64,000 nucleotides of DNA from Octopus sinensis (GCF_006345805.1 NC_043000.1:12462001-12526000), one strand, 5' to 3'. Positions 37,648 through 50,935 are shown, counted from the stretch's first letter. Notes: generated by a model from the sequence alone, not told the origin. Translations and numbers: made by a program.

Positions 37648-39942
37648 ATATATTATTGGTTTATATATGCTTAGTATAAATATTATACAAATTTGTTGGC
37701 TTATATACATCCACTTAGATGCATTGTATAACTTATAATTTTGTTTGTTTAAGAAGAAGGGGAAAAAAGAGAAACTGTGAGGAGAGAAAAATAGAAACAG
37801 AATTTTATTTAAAGATATCTTAAGTCTGCTGGGAATATTTCTCTTAGCAAATTTCTGTATCCAAACTTTTGGAGGGAAGTCAGTCTTTTTACAAAAATAT
37901 GCAAATTGCACATGATGCTATGAGGAATTGGGTCAGCATTCCCTCTGCAGGATTTTGAAGACTGTTTGAAGCAATGAAGCACAAATGCAACTGGCTTTTT
38001 CACAAGTGCAGCTGAATTTAAGAACAACACATGAGTCTGAAAACTCTTCCAAGACCCAAACCAAAGGTGTTAAAACAAGAATATACCAGATATGAAAAAA
38101 AAAAGAAAAGCAATATATAAAGAAGGGAGAGATATAATATTTGTGTTGCTTAACCCTTTTGTTATCAACCTGGCTGAAACTGGCTCAGCCATATAGAATA
38201 GAAATAGCAAAAGGTCATAGGTGAAAGGGAAGAGAATTGGGGCTGCAGCTAATTTGTATTATGATATATTTTATAAATAGAATAGTGTTATAATACAATA
38301 TGTGATATAATAAGAAATATAGGATATAAGATACACATAAGATACAGTGAAATATATACAAGGTAGGCAATGAGTCCCACAGGCATTAAAATGGGTTCAA
38401 CGGGTATTAAAAATAGATTAATGATTATTAGAGAAACATTAATGCTTTTATAAGAAAAATATTGATTTTCTTTTTTAAAGTTGTATGTGACTTATGGCCC
38501 ATTCTGTACAATAGAGTATATACGATATAGTAGAAAATATAATATATTGCAGGAGAGAAGACCAGGAAAGGAAGAAATGTTGCATCCACATGCAAGCCAT
38601 GCCAGAAAATAAATGGGAAAAAAACCCCCTTAAACAAAAACAAACAAACAACAAGAGCAACAACAAGAACAACACCAATAACAACAAAAACAACAACAGC
38701 AGTAGTGGAAGAGAAAAACCTACTATCCAACTCCCTCCTGAGAGTCTGTGATGAGCATGCTTGAAGAGAGAAAACCATCAAGATTAGTGGCCTATACTTT
38801 CAGAAACATCAGACAAACATACATATACATACATATATACACACACAAATAACCAAAAATTAATCCTAATTGTTTTCTATATGTAAAAATATTTAACAAC
38901 TGATCAGGAAAGCTAAACTAAGCTGGTAATGTCGAATAGATTGAAACATGTCTGTACTTGTCTCCCTTGCTTGTTTTCAAAGATCAGACTTACTTTCTCT
39001 TAATTTCAAGAAATTAAAAATCTGTTTCTCAAAATTAACTATCTCCCATTATCTTTGAGGTTTGCAAACAACTGCCACTAGGTTTTTGTTTACTTTCAAC
39101 ACCTAGGAAGGAAATCTCAAGATGTTTTGTATATGATATTCAGTACATCACATCTTAACTTATTTACATATGTGCCATTCTCTCTCTCTCTCTCTCTTTT
39201 TTTCAAATACACAACACACACAATGTCTAAAATTGCAGATTAATTTTTCCAGCAGGCAGTGTAGCTTAATGGTAAAGCACTCAGTTGGAATATTTGAAGG
39301 ATGTGGGTTCAAGTCCCATGGCTACTGGTTGACAAATTTTTTTGCTTGGTAAGAGTAATTTACCCAATATTTCTGCTATTCTCATGGCGTTTCTGCATTC
39401 GAAAATCAATTATTGCCTTATTTGTATCTTACAATTCACATTTCAATGCTTATAAAAAAACAAAACAAATATGTATATATGCAAATGTGACTATATCAAC
39501 TAGACTATCAGATGTTGTTATACACCACTGGCCACAATGTACTTCCATTCCTTCCTTGATTGTGCCCTTTTTTTTTTCCATCTTGGCTCAAATCGCTTAA
39601 ATAAGTCTTCCCATTGTATGTACATGTGTGTGTGTAGAGCCACACACAAACACATACTCAAATACTCATGTTACTGAATATATCTCCATAGCTATATTTT
39701 TACAGACATATCTAGAAATATGCTAAAACCTGTACATTTATGTATGTATGTATATGTGCACATGCATACAACCACATATGTATACACACATGTGTATACA
39801 CACATGTGTAGACATACATTAAAACCTTTTCCTTCTACACAAATTAACGAAAGTACATAAACAAGACACACATATTTGAAACAAAGACTGAAAAATTTTA
39901 AGATCTTCATAACGTGTAAGAAAAAGAAATACTAAATGCATA

Positions 39943-40464
39943 TCGTAAATCCTTGAGTATAGTTCGCCCTTGAGTATAATACGCAGGGGATTTTTAGGGG
40001 GCTGTACCTCTGAAAAACCTAACCCTTGTGTATAATACGCACCCCTTCTCTAACTTGAGTTGTGCGTAATTAAGCCAGCAGCACCTAGTCGAACAAACAC
40101 TTCTGTGCATGCTTAATACAATAATGGTGATGTTCTTAACTGTTATATGGGAATGTAAATATGTTTGCAAATTGTTTTTGTTACATGTTATTCTGTGTTC
40201 TGAATACTTTTATTTTAGTAAATGTTGCTTACTGCAAGTTATGGATGATTCTTTTATGACTTCATTGCTTTCAGGCTTAGCTTTAGGTATTTTTGCACCT
40301 GACATCACAAAATGCGTCTGAATAAACATAGCCGGACAGCAAATAGAGACTCAGACATTGCTTAGAAAATATTTTTCCTTTTTAACCTCGTATATAGTAT
40401 GCACTAGGGATTTTGACCTTTAAATTTTGGGGAAAAAGTGCAGATTATACTCGAGGATTTACGG
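39943..40464. mobile_element. Tc1/mariner-pogo-type MITE
   Basis: TIRs (c/t)cgtaaatcct(c/t)gagtata with TA duplication at both ends. Confidence 0.8.
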
Positions 40465-41845
40465 TATATTCCTGTACACCTTCCTTACTCTTTGACTTAA
40501 AATTCAAACTTCCAAACCCACCTTAGCTTAATCTAGAGGGGATTGTCCCCACTATAATAGCTGACCACCAGGGGTGCACCATATGTATAAATTCAAAAGA
40601 CTGATCTGTGATCTAGATTATTAGCATTCAGATTATTCTGTTAAATGTAATATTTATTTATTTCTTCATATTATTTTGAATATAATCACGTGTTATCTCG
40701 TAACTTTGGGATTCTGATTATGTCACTTTATTTTTAAAATGACATTGTAGGTTAGGTGTGAGAGCCCTGATCTGGCCAGTTTGTACATAAAAAGGGTAAA
40801 ATATTAGGGCCTGATGCAGCCAGTTTAAATACTGAAGGGTTAAAAAATTGCAAAACCAAATTAAGGATTAGGTTGCTTTGAGAATCAATGCAAATTAATT
40901 TTCTGTCAGTTATTCATATCTATCCTTTTTTTTTTGGGGGGGGGGGGTAATTTAACTTAATAGTTTCTTCTTGAGCTTAATCTTACCACCAAACTCACTT
41001 TTCTATCAGCTCTCTATTTCTATCAAACTTAGAGACTTACAAACAGCTTGCTTGTGTGAGTGCTGCTGATTGAAAACACAGCATACCAGATACCAATAGG
41101 TTTTAGGGGGTCATCACAAGAAAATGTGCACTGTTTTGGGGCCTTCCTTTTGATGGCTGTACAATGCACAAGTTCTCCTCATTGATGTGAGATCCCACTC
41201 ACGAAAAAAATGATTGTTAGTATTTGAACTCAAATCCTTCATTCCAGGACCATCAGCACCATTCAAACTGTGGAGTCATGCAGATCTGTTTTGCCATACA
41301 GGCAAACAGGTACCTCTCTGTCTCACTGTTAATTTTTGCTAATTCTATTTTTTTTTTTTTACCAATTTTACATGTTCTGTCTTACCAAACTTATCTTTCT
41401 ATCAAAACCACCTTTCTGCCAACTTACTGTTTCTACCAAATCTTTCAGTTCTTGTCAATTCTATTTTTCTTCTACAACAAACGTCAGAACGTAAAGATGT
41501 GACCAAATGCTGCTAAGCATTTTGCCTGGCATGCAATGATTCTGCCACCTCGTTGCCTTAAAACGGCCAGGCCATATCGATAAAGGAATAATTCCTATCT
41601 GTAAAAAACTAAAACCTTTCAAAACAGACACAGGGCCTACCAGTGTAGAACATGGTTCTATAAGTACAGCATTAGATTACAGCAGTGAATGAGTTGGCTC
41701 TATAAATACTAATCTAGGTCCTATTCATAAAAGAGTTTTTACTCTACTTTCTTTCAATAACAAGACACAGTTCTACTAACGAGAGAGACTACGACACAGA
41801 TGATGGAAATACAGAAGACAAGGAAACAACATCACCAATACATAC

Positions 41846-42005
41846 CTCTTTGAAAGATGACATTGAATTCTTGAGGACATCTCTCAGCTCAATTAGTTGC
41901 TTCCGCTCCTCATCTTGCCTTTGTTTAATTTTACGGAGCTGACCTACTAAACCATCAATAAAGCTGCTAAAATGGTTGATGGTTTTGATACCATCTTGGA
42001 ATAAT
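41846..42005 (-). CDS. ASAP: ASAP exon, end of BAR (T)LFQDGIKTINHFSSFIDGLVGQLRKIKQRQDEERKQLIELRDVLKNSMSSFKE
   Basis: ttcag acceptor, gtatgt donor, 160 nt phase 2->0. Confidence 0.95.
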
Positions 42006-42251
42006 CTGAAACAGACATGTTAGAAATGGTAAGATCAGCTTTAGGTGTTTTATATAGTTTTTGTGGTCATTTTTTTTAGCGATATGAAAAAAAGTAAGTC
42101 AGACAGAAGTTAAGCTTTTAAAAATCAACAATTTACTTTTATTCATTGTTAAAATGTTTATATTGATGGAGTACATCAGGAAAAAATATTATTATTGAGT
42201 GAGAGAGCAGTGCATGCCATCAAAGTGATGGGAAATGAAACTGAGACTTAC

Positions 42252-42337
42252 GTGGTTTGAGCTTGGTAGTATTCAACTAGATGTTGTAGTAGATCGACTC
42301 CTTTCTTTGTGCGGATTTCATTGACTTTTATTAGATA
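42252..42337 (-). CDS. ASAP: ASAP exon, BAR domain YLIKVNEIRTKKGVDLLQHLVEYYQAQT
   Basis: tcgcag acceptor, gtaagt donor, 86 nt phase 0->2. Confidence 0.96.
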
Positions 42338-42501
42338 CTGCGAACAAACAGAAGAAGAAATTAGACATCTTTAAACGTTCATCTGCTAAAATAACAGTCT
42401 TTTTAAAAAAAAAGTCACTACATTACTGACCACCAGTAGATCATATCTTCATATAGTTAATGTATATTTAAGATTTAAGTTTGCAAATGAGAGACTAACA
42501 G

Positions 42502-43201
42502 AAAGTATGGGAAGCTTAGCGATGCCAAAATCACAAAGTATGGAAACCTAGCAGTGCCAAAATCATAAAGTATGGAAACCTAGCAGTGCCAAATTCACAA
42601 AGTATGGAAAGCTAGCAGTGGCAAAATCACAAAGTATGGAAACCTAGCAGTGTCAAAATCATAAAGTATGGAAAGCTAGCGGTGCCAAATTCACAAAGTA
42701 TGGAAAGCTAGCAGTGCCAAAATCACAAAGTATGGAAAGCTAGCAGTGACAAAATCACAAAGTATGGAAACCTAGCAGTGCCAAATTCACAAAGTATGGA
42801 AAGCTAGCAGTGCCAAAATCACAAAGTATGAAAAACTAGCAGTGCCAAAATCACAAAGTATGGAAAGCTAGCAGTGCCAAAATCACAAAGTATGGAAACC
42901 TGGCAGTGCCAAAATCACGATGTATGGAAACCTAGCAGTGCCAAAATCACAAAGTATAGAAACCTAGCAGTGCCAAAATCACAAAGTATGGAAACCTAGC
43001 AGTGCCAAAATCACAAAGTATGGAAACCTAGCAGTGCCAAAATCACAAAGTATGGAAAGCTAGCAATGCCAAATTCACAAAGTATGGAAACCTAGCAGTG
43101 CTAAAATTACAAAGTATGGAAAGCTAGCAGTGCCAAAATCACATAGTATTTAAAGCTAGCAATGCCAAAATCACAAAGTATGGAAAGCTAGCAATGCCAA
43201 A
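42502..43201. repeat. 32-bp minisatellite, ~22 copies
   Basis: Unit aaagtatggaaa(c/g)ctagcagtgccaaaatcac, no spacers. Confidence 0.95.
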
Positions 43202-43923
43202 GATTTATGTGGATGCTTATGGTATCTGATATGGATAGAATAGGCCACACAAATACAACTTTAACTCTTGAACATTCAGATTTCTTTGTCAAATGTAAAC
43301 CTTATTTATTCACATTGTTTTGAATTAATCATGCATTTTTTCATAGCTTCACAATTTCTATGATGTGGTTGTTTATTTTTAGAATGACCTTGTAGGGTAG
43401 GTGTGAGACATTGGATCTGCTCAGTTTTAACATAAAACCAGGAGAATATCTGGACCAGAAATGGCTGGATTAAATGCTAGAGTTAAGCCCACTTTCACTA
43501 TCAAAGCAGGGATTAGCCTAGAGGTCCCATGACTAAATGTTTTAGAGGACTATCTATCTTTTATCCTTTTCTTGTTTCAGTCGTTGGACTGTGGTCATGC
43601 TGGGGCTCTCTCTTTAAGGGTTTATTACATATACATTAGCAATAAGTAGATATCAGCTATTAGTGGTCAGTTACCGAGTGACCTGGTAAACTTGAAATGC
43701 CAGTAGCGATGGTCATTATAATAGAGGACAGCTGATCTGTAGATGTCAGTGTTGGATGGTCAAGAAATATAATGACCAGCTGAATGGTAAAAATACAATT
43801 TTCATTCCGATATTTAGTTCATTATATTGTCTATTTTGCCGTGGTAGTAAAGGTCAGATGAATAAATATTACTAAAGCATTGCTTTACAGTCAGATGCCT
43901 GTCCTGTCATTAAAGATACTTAC

Positions 43924-43977
43924 TTCACATGCTTGTAACTGAAACATTTTTCTTTCTTTTTCCATCTCTTCTGCAAT
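43924..43977 (-). CDS. ASAP: ASAP exon, BAR domain IAEEMEKERKMFQLQACE
   Basis: ttgcag acceptor, gtaagt donor, 54 nt phase 0->0. Confidence 0.96.
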
Positions 43978-44322
43978 CTGCAACAAAGAAAAAAAGGAAT
44001 TCTTCTGATTTTCATTTATGCATTACACTTTACTCTTTCTCTCTCTCTTTCTCCGTAATTGTGTGTGCAATTACACACACACGCACAAAACATGTATGTA
44101 TGGATGGATGGATGGATGAATAAAATGACAATTGCCTTAGTGTTTAGCATATCTGCACAATTTATGGTGTGTCTGGATTATGATCCCAGTAGGCACTGGA
44201 AAACATTTTTGTCCAACCCATGTAAGCATGGAACATGGATGTTAAATGATTATATATATATATACACATACATATATCTATACACATGCACACACACACA
44301 CACACACATATCTATACACATG

Positions 44323-44367
<45 letters not shown>

Positions 44368-44414
44368 GAAAAAACAAGTCAAGATAGAAAATGCTAAAAT
44401 AATTTTATAAAGAA

Positions 44415-44464
44415 CATTTCAGTACCAGTTTCGGTCATTTTGAGACCTTTTCAACTGTAATGAT
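44415..44464 (-). ncRNA. Minimal type I hammerhead ribozyme motif, U3-A8 variant, sense to ASAP pre-mRNA
   Basis: CAUUACAG-UUGAAAA-GGUC/GACC-GAAAC-UG-GUA|CUGAAAUG. Confidence 0.65.
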
Positions 44465-44782
44465 TAAATAATTAAATTTAGAAAAATTAAAAGAAAAGTT
44501 TTTTTAAAGGAATATTTGTATAGTGTTCAAATATAAGTGGCATTCTGCCTTTCTCTGTCTCCCTTGTTTGCACTTGTGTGTTCAAGGTCGTTGTGAATTC
44601 TTGGTAGGGTATATATATACATATATACACATACACACACACACACACACATACATATATATTTATATATATATAATCCATGTTCATTAATCCAACAAAA
44701 CATTTTTTTGCTTTTTTTATAGCTCTTCAGGAACTAAAGAACAATATTTAGCGGACTAAATGGTTTCTTTAAATATTGTTCT

Positions 44783-44832
44783 TTAGCTCCTGAAGAGCTA
44801 TAGGTGAAACAAAATGTATTTTGTCAGACTAA
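44783..44832 (+). ncRNA. Hammerhead motif (CUGAAGA core, GUC site) with a damaged stem I
   Basis: CUGAAGA-gcuauaggu-GAAAC AAAAU GU AUUUU GUC|; 7-bp palindromic stem III; position 1.1 mismatched. Confidence 0.55.
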
Positions 44833-45024
44833 TGGTTAAGGATTAAATATATTTTATTCACTATCAGACTTAACATTGAGTTCTTTATTTTAAGTGGCTG
44901 GACATAGCTTTTTTTGAACTTGTCACCTCCTGGAAAACAGATGGTAAATGGTGATGATGATGAAGATGATCTCACACACACACACACACATACACGTTTG
45001 GAGTGTGCCATACTTTATACATAC

Positions 45025-45100
45025 CTCAGGGCCGGACACTTCAGAGCGAATCATTCCTACTTCTTTAGCTTGTTGTTTCTTTTCTTTTTCTATTTTTGTA
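45025..45100 (-). CDS. ASAP: ASAP exon, BAR domain (F)TKIEKEKKQQAKEVGMIRSEVSGPE
   Basis: ttcag acceptor, gtatgt donor, 76 nt phase 2->0. Confidence 0.96.
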
Positions 45101-45419
45101 CTGAAACAAACATTGAACAGTTGTGAAACACATTTACAAATCTTCTTTGAGCAAATTCTCTCAATAAATGGAAACTGTTCATGTGTATGCAGCTAACAAA
45201 CCAATCTTAATAAATCTTCAATTAACAAATATCTTAATTGCTCATCTTTTCTCTTTTAAACAGATGGTTAAACATTCATCTGATAGATATCGTTGGCAGT
45301 TTTCACATGCTAATGACTTATTATCTTCAGTTAACAAATCCAGTTATCTCATGCTAAAAGATGCCATATGCACACACACACACACACACACACACACTTT
45401 ATATATCTCTCTCTAGATA

Positions 45420-45845
45420 TATATATATACATATTGCATATGGATGAGGGCAGCTGTGTAAAGAAGTGCTGATCTCTAACTGTGGAGGTAACCTGTGGTA
45501 GATGTAGACCCAGGAAGACATGGGATGAGGTGGTGAAACATGATCTTCGACTTTGAGCCTCACAGAGGCAATGACTGGTGACAGAGACCTTTGGTGATGT
45601 GCTGTGCTTGAGAGGACCTGGTAGCATGTGAAGAACATCTTTTGAACGTTGGACCTCATGGAGGCAAAGTGACTGAGTTCTTTCCAAGCGTTGGGCCTCA
45701 CAGAGCAAAGTGGCTGAGTTCCTTTTGAGCATTGGGCCTCATGGAGGCAAAGTGGCTAAGTTCCTTTCGAGTGTTGGGCCTCATGGAGGCAAGGTAGCTG
45801 AGTTCCTTTTGGGCATTGGGCCTCATGGAGGCAAAGTGGCTGAAA
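45420..45845 (+). mobile_element. RTE C-terminal fragment followed by ~5 copies of a 42-bp tandem repeat
   Basis: Homologous to 1982-2170; unit ttgggcctcatggaggcaaagtggctgagttccttttgagca. Confidence 0.75.
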
Positions 45846-46034
45846 GGGTTGATACAATTGGTAGTATAGTGTTGAAGTATGGTAGATAGCGGTAGCTGTG
45901 TAATGTTGAGGTAAAGTAGACAGTGATGGTAGCGTTCTGATGAGGCAGGGTAGATAGAGGTGGAAATGAAGTTTTGATGTTGGGTAGAAAGTAGTGACTG
46001 TGTAGTGTTGATGTAGGATAAAAATGATACTCAC

Positions 46035-46159
46035 AATTTTGTCTCGTACTCCTTTGTAGCTTTATCAAATGGTTTCTTCAGGTCCCCTTTCACTCCTTTC
46101 AACTCTCCCTTCAGGAATGTATCAAGAGGAAACAACAGGATGTTGTTCAGGCTTTGTAT
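46035..46159 (-). CDS. ASAP: ASAP exon, BAR domain IQSLNNILLFPLDTFLKGELKGVKGDLKKPFDKATKEYETK
   Basis: ccag acceptor, gtgagt donor, 125 nt phase 0->2; KGVKGDLKKPFDKA is the ASAP signature. Confidence 0.97.
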
Positions 46160-46624
46160 CTGGTTCAGAGAAAGAGAAAGAGAGAGAGAGAGACTATTAG
46201 AAAGCTTCAACAGTAACAACAATAACATCAAGTCACTACATGTGCCCCTATGCAGTCCCTTAATGAACAAACCAACTGAGAGGGAGAACCTTTACATGGT
46301 TGCACAATCTGCTAGAAATAGCAGTCCAATCGCCTGTAGATTGCTTACTACTGTCTTCAAAATAGCAGGGTCATACAGGTAATGTCGTGGCACTCTGTCG
46401 GTTACGACAACAAGGGTTCCAGTTGATCCGATCAACGGAACAGCCTGCTTGTGAAATTAACAAGCAAGTGGCTGAGCACTCCACAGACACGTGTACCCTT
46501 AATGTACTTCTCTGGGAAAGTCAGCATGACACAGAGTGTGACAAGGCTGGCCCTTTGAAACACAGGTACAACAGAAACAGGAAGAAAGAGTGAGAGAAAG
46601 TCATGCTCTCACAAACGAGAATAC

Positions 46625-46850
46625 TAAAAATGAACCCGACCGCTCTCAAAAATTAAGTAAAAAAAAAGAGGAAAAATAATCCAAAACGATCCCCAAATCT
46701 AATCAGTTTGTGCCAGCCATGAGGCCAAACATCCCTGAAAGTTTCATCTGAATCCATCCAACAGTTCTTGAGATATCTTGTCCACAGACAAAAAAACAAA
46801 CAAACACGACTGAAAATAATACCACCGCCTTTGCTAAAGCAGAAGTAATA
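46625..46850 (+). mobile_element. Probable Helentron-associated non-autonomous repeat (HINE-like)
   Basis: 3' end gaaaataataccaccgcctttgctaaagcagaagta resembles the subterminal hairpin of such elements. Confidence 0.4.
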
Positions 46851-47801
46851 ATAATAATAATTTTTTTTTTTTTTACTACCCACAAGGGGCTAAACACAAA
46901 GAGGACAAACAAGGACAGACACAAGGGTTAAGTCGGTTATATCAGCCCCAGTGTGTAACTGGTACTTATTTAATCGACCCCGAAAGGATGAAAGGCAAAG
47001 TTGACCTCGGCGGAATTTGAACTCAGAACGTAGTGGCGGACGAAATGATGATGTGTAGGTGAGTTTTCATAGTGGGTAGTAGTAGTAGTAGTAGTATTTT
47101 GGCCAGTTGATTAACAACATCAGTTGCATGACTGTTGATTGCCTATGTAGGAGGTGACGGTATGAGCTACATTACCAATAGTTTAAATGTATCGGCAGAA
47201 GTAATGAAGGAGAAATAATAGTAGCAGCAATAGTAACAACAACAATAGGAGTGGAGGTGCAATGGCCCAGTGGTTAGGGAAGCGGACTCGCAGTCGTAAG
47301 AATGCAGTTTCGATTCCCAGTCCGGCCATTGTGAGTGTTTATTGAGCAAAAATACCTAAGCTCCACGAGGCTCCGGCGGGTCGGGATGAATCCCGCTGTA
47401 CTCTTTCACCACAACTTTCTCTCACTCTTTCTTCCTACTTCTGCCACAAAGCAGAGGAACCACGGTGTAACCCACTATGGTGTGGTAAACTTTCAGACCC
47501 TAGTCTAGATTGCAAATCCTCTGTACCCCAGGATGGTTCAGCTCTCCAGTCGTTAAAAAGCCACCGTTTACAGAATGAGGATAACAATGTAGCTTTCACA
47601 CCCGTGCAAGCCGCCAGTCTAACGCGTGTGGTGGGTGGATCTTCAGGTTGCCACACGCATTCTTAGTAGCTTAGAGTAGGCTCGAATTAGAGATTATTCT
47701 TTGTGGTTAATGGTGTGAGTCCTGAGTGGAAGAAGAAGAAGAAAGCAGCAGCAGCAGCAGCAGTTAGTAGAGTAAAGCAAAGGAAAAATTTAAGTACATA
47801 C

Positions 47802-47863
47802 CAGATTTTTCATCAAAGCTGAGAGCTCTTTGGTAACTCGTGAGAACTTCAGGAAAGCTTCCC
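47802..47863 (-). CDS. ASAP: ASAP exon, BAR domain (G)EAFLKFSRVTKELSALMKNL
   Basis: ttgcag acceptor, gtatgt donor, 62 nt phase 1->0; resembles ASAP1 GTAFVKFSTLTKELSTLLKNL. Confidence 0.95.
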
Positions 47864-49167
47864 CTGCAAAAAAATAGAGAACAAGAGACAATTTAATATA
47901 TTTAAATACATATTTTAAAGAATTGCATCTAGGAGCGGCTTTCAATTTCTTTAGGTGCATTACACTAGTTCAGGCATGGCTGTGAGCTAGAGAAGCTTGT
48001 TTTGTAACTACATGGCTTCAGGTTCAATCTCACTGCATGACACTTTGAGCATGTGTCTCCTATTATAGCCCCTGGTCAATAATTGCCATGCTGCAAATGG
48101 AAACTGTGTGTAAGCCTCAAATATATGTGTATGCATGCATGTGTGTGTGTGCGCGTCTTTGTGCTTGTTTATTCTCTGCCAGCACCTCTTGACAACCTGT
48201 GTTGGTTCGTTTATGTCCCTATAACTTGACAGTTAGCGGAATGTAAACAAACCAACACCAGTTGTCAAGTGGATGTTTTGTCTGAGTTTGTGTTTGTTCC
48301 CCACTATCACACAGTACAAGCTTCCATACAGTTTCCATCTACCAAATCCTAAAACAAGGCATTGGTTGAAGACATCTAACCAAGCTGAGATTGAACACTG
48401 CACACTTTAGGATTGAACCTGAAACCACAATGTGACAAAGAAAGCTTCTTAACCACACAGTCATGTCTGCACCTATGTATATGTTGGCCAGGGAAACAAC
48501 AGGAAATGTAAAACAGCTTTAACAATTACAAGCACTATGACCCGGTGTTGCCAGGCTTAGTGCTAGTGCTTGGTGTTCGTTGCTGGGTCGCAGCTAAAAT
48601 TCCTCACTAAATCAAGAGCTAAGTTTCTTATCACATTCCAGCCCGAGCCAGTTTTGTTGTTTATGAGCTAGTTGGGGCTTTTTGTGAGAGTAATTAATAT
48701 TCATTGGACTTTGGCAATGCTCATATGCCCATAACTTATGGGCATAAGGGGTCGGTTTATCAATGTTTTTAATGGCTTTCTGGGGTGACTGGGGAAATGA
48801 AAAGATCTTCACGACCACCCTCAGACAGTATTGAAAGCCCATATCAAAATTTGTAGTGAATATTTTTCCGAAGGTGGGGGACATGAATTTAGGAAATTTA
48901 CTTGAATCGGCATTGTTTCCACATGACTTTCAATGAAATTTTTTACAAACACCTTTTGGTCAACGTAGATTACTGAATGAAATGTGAAACAAAAATTAGT
49001 GGGCACACACATATGTATTAATATGCATCACATATATATCTTCAAAATGAAACTTAAAATTATGAAAATAAATTGCAATGCGTGTCAGTGCGCATGTGTG
49101 TGGGCCCACTCTCTTTTCTCTCTTATTTTTTTTTTTTCACACAACATTCCGATATAATCGTAATCGA

Positions 49168-49378
49168 CGATCTTTCGGTACAAGTACCATAACTGCCAAG
49201 TCTGTTTGTTTACATTTGAAGAAGATCGTAAAGTTTCCGTAAAGTTCTTTATTTTTATATATGTGGGGTTAGGGTTAGGACTAGGGGTGGGGGAAAAGGG
49301 TTTCTTTTTTCTTCAGAAATATAAATAAACCCACGTGGGTTTATAATTGGCAGTTATGGTACTTGTACCGAAAGATCG
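49168..49378. mobile_element. MITE with 32-bp TIRs and an internal telomere-like motif
   Basis: cgatctttcggtacaagtaccataactgccaa and its perfect reverse complement; internal ggggttagggttagg. Confidence 0.8.
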
Positions 49379-50935
49379 CCTTCTACACCATCTGAAAGGT
49401 ATCGGTAGGGAATTTCATTGAAAGTGCCCATTTTCTGAAAGTTATGAGGGTACAAATTCGAGATGTTGGTTACATTTGTGTATGTACGCACATGACTGCG
49501 TATTTGCCCTTTTTGAAAATCACTCAGCAATAAGCGGGGAGTGATTGTCATTTCTCCCTGTCGATAAATCTTCCACTGGTTTACCGCCTTTAAAAGCAGA
49601 TATAAAAGTGAGAAATAGGAAGGCTGCTCGGCAGTAAGACACTTCTTTAATAATATATTCGTCTAACTCGTGCTGGCATGGGAAAAAAAACAAACAAATA
49701 TATGAATGTATTAAATCATAATTTTATTTTGTGAGCATTCTCCACGGATTGTTTTTTTTTATACAAGGGTTTTTAACTATTTCCAACTCTACACTTAACT
49801 ACATCTATTTCCCAACGAATGGATTCGATTCTTGGAATATTCCAATGGACGCAGGATTTGAAAGATGATCTAAGGGAGATAACTTGCCCACTAGTTATAT
49901 AGTGTGAACGCAATTATTGTAGTTACTTCCCCTTAGTACAACTGAAATACTTAAACGAAACCTAGATTTTTAAATTCTGTTCTTCGTGTTTTGACATTAT
50001 TTTTTTTTAAATGGCCCCCAACACAAGAAATATAAATTATTAGGGACGGAAGCAGTCATGGTAAAAGGCCATCTTTATCTCCAACTAATCATAGATGCCT
50101 TGTTAGAACACCAAATACTGCATTTAATTAGCCTTGAGAGATCCTCTCATATAGGTGCTTGGTACACAAAAGCAGACACATGGATCATAGCAGACAAGAA
50201 TCGGCGGGAATTCCCATATCAGGTGATTTCATTCTACTGGAAATTACCAGCAGGCGTAGGAGTGGCTGTGTGGTTAAGTAACTTGCTTACCAACCACATG
50301 GTTCCAGGTTCAGTCCCACTGCATGGCACCTTGAGCAAGTGTCTTCTACTATAGCCTCGGGCCGACCAAAGCTTTGTGAGTGGATTTGGTAGACGGAAAC
50401 TGAAAGAAGCCTGTCGTATATATGTATATATGTAAATGTGTGTTTGTCCCCCCAATGTTAATTTAAGTTTCAAACACTAGTGTACTAACCCTTTGTAGTA
50501 GAGGAGAGAGGGCCAAGTTTAATTACCCCAACCTCAGTGCTCAACTGGTAGCAGAAACAGAGAGAAACTTTATTTCTTTTAACTAGCCTGCTTATATTCT
50601 ACGTTTCAATCACTGGACTGTGTTGTACTCGGCATTGTCTCGAGGGTTTTAATCAAACAAATCGACTCCAATACTAACTGTTTTTTGAAGCCTGACACTT
50701 ATTCTATAGGTTTCTTGTGTTGAACCGCTAAGTTACAGGGGTATAAAGAAAACCAACATCAGTTATCAGGTGGTGGTGAGGGACACACACAAAGACAAAC
50801 AGACATTCTTTCAGTTTCAGTCAACCAAATCCACTCACAATGCTTTGGTTAGCCCAAGACTATACTAGAAGGTACTTGTACAAGTTATCATGCAGTGGGG
50901 CTGAACCTGGAAGCATGTGCTTGAGAAGCAAACTT

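Noticed and set aside
38994-39021. Microexon candidate in the BAR-PH intron (AAA|gtaagt)
   Set aside because: 28 nt would shift the frame and the acceptor context is poor
42502-43201. CRISPR-like array
   Set aside because: Contiguous 32-bp units with no unique spacers, in a eukaryotic intron
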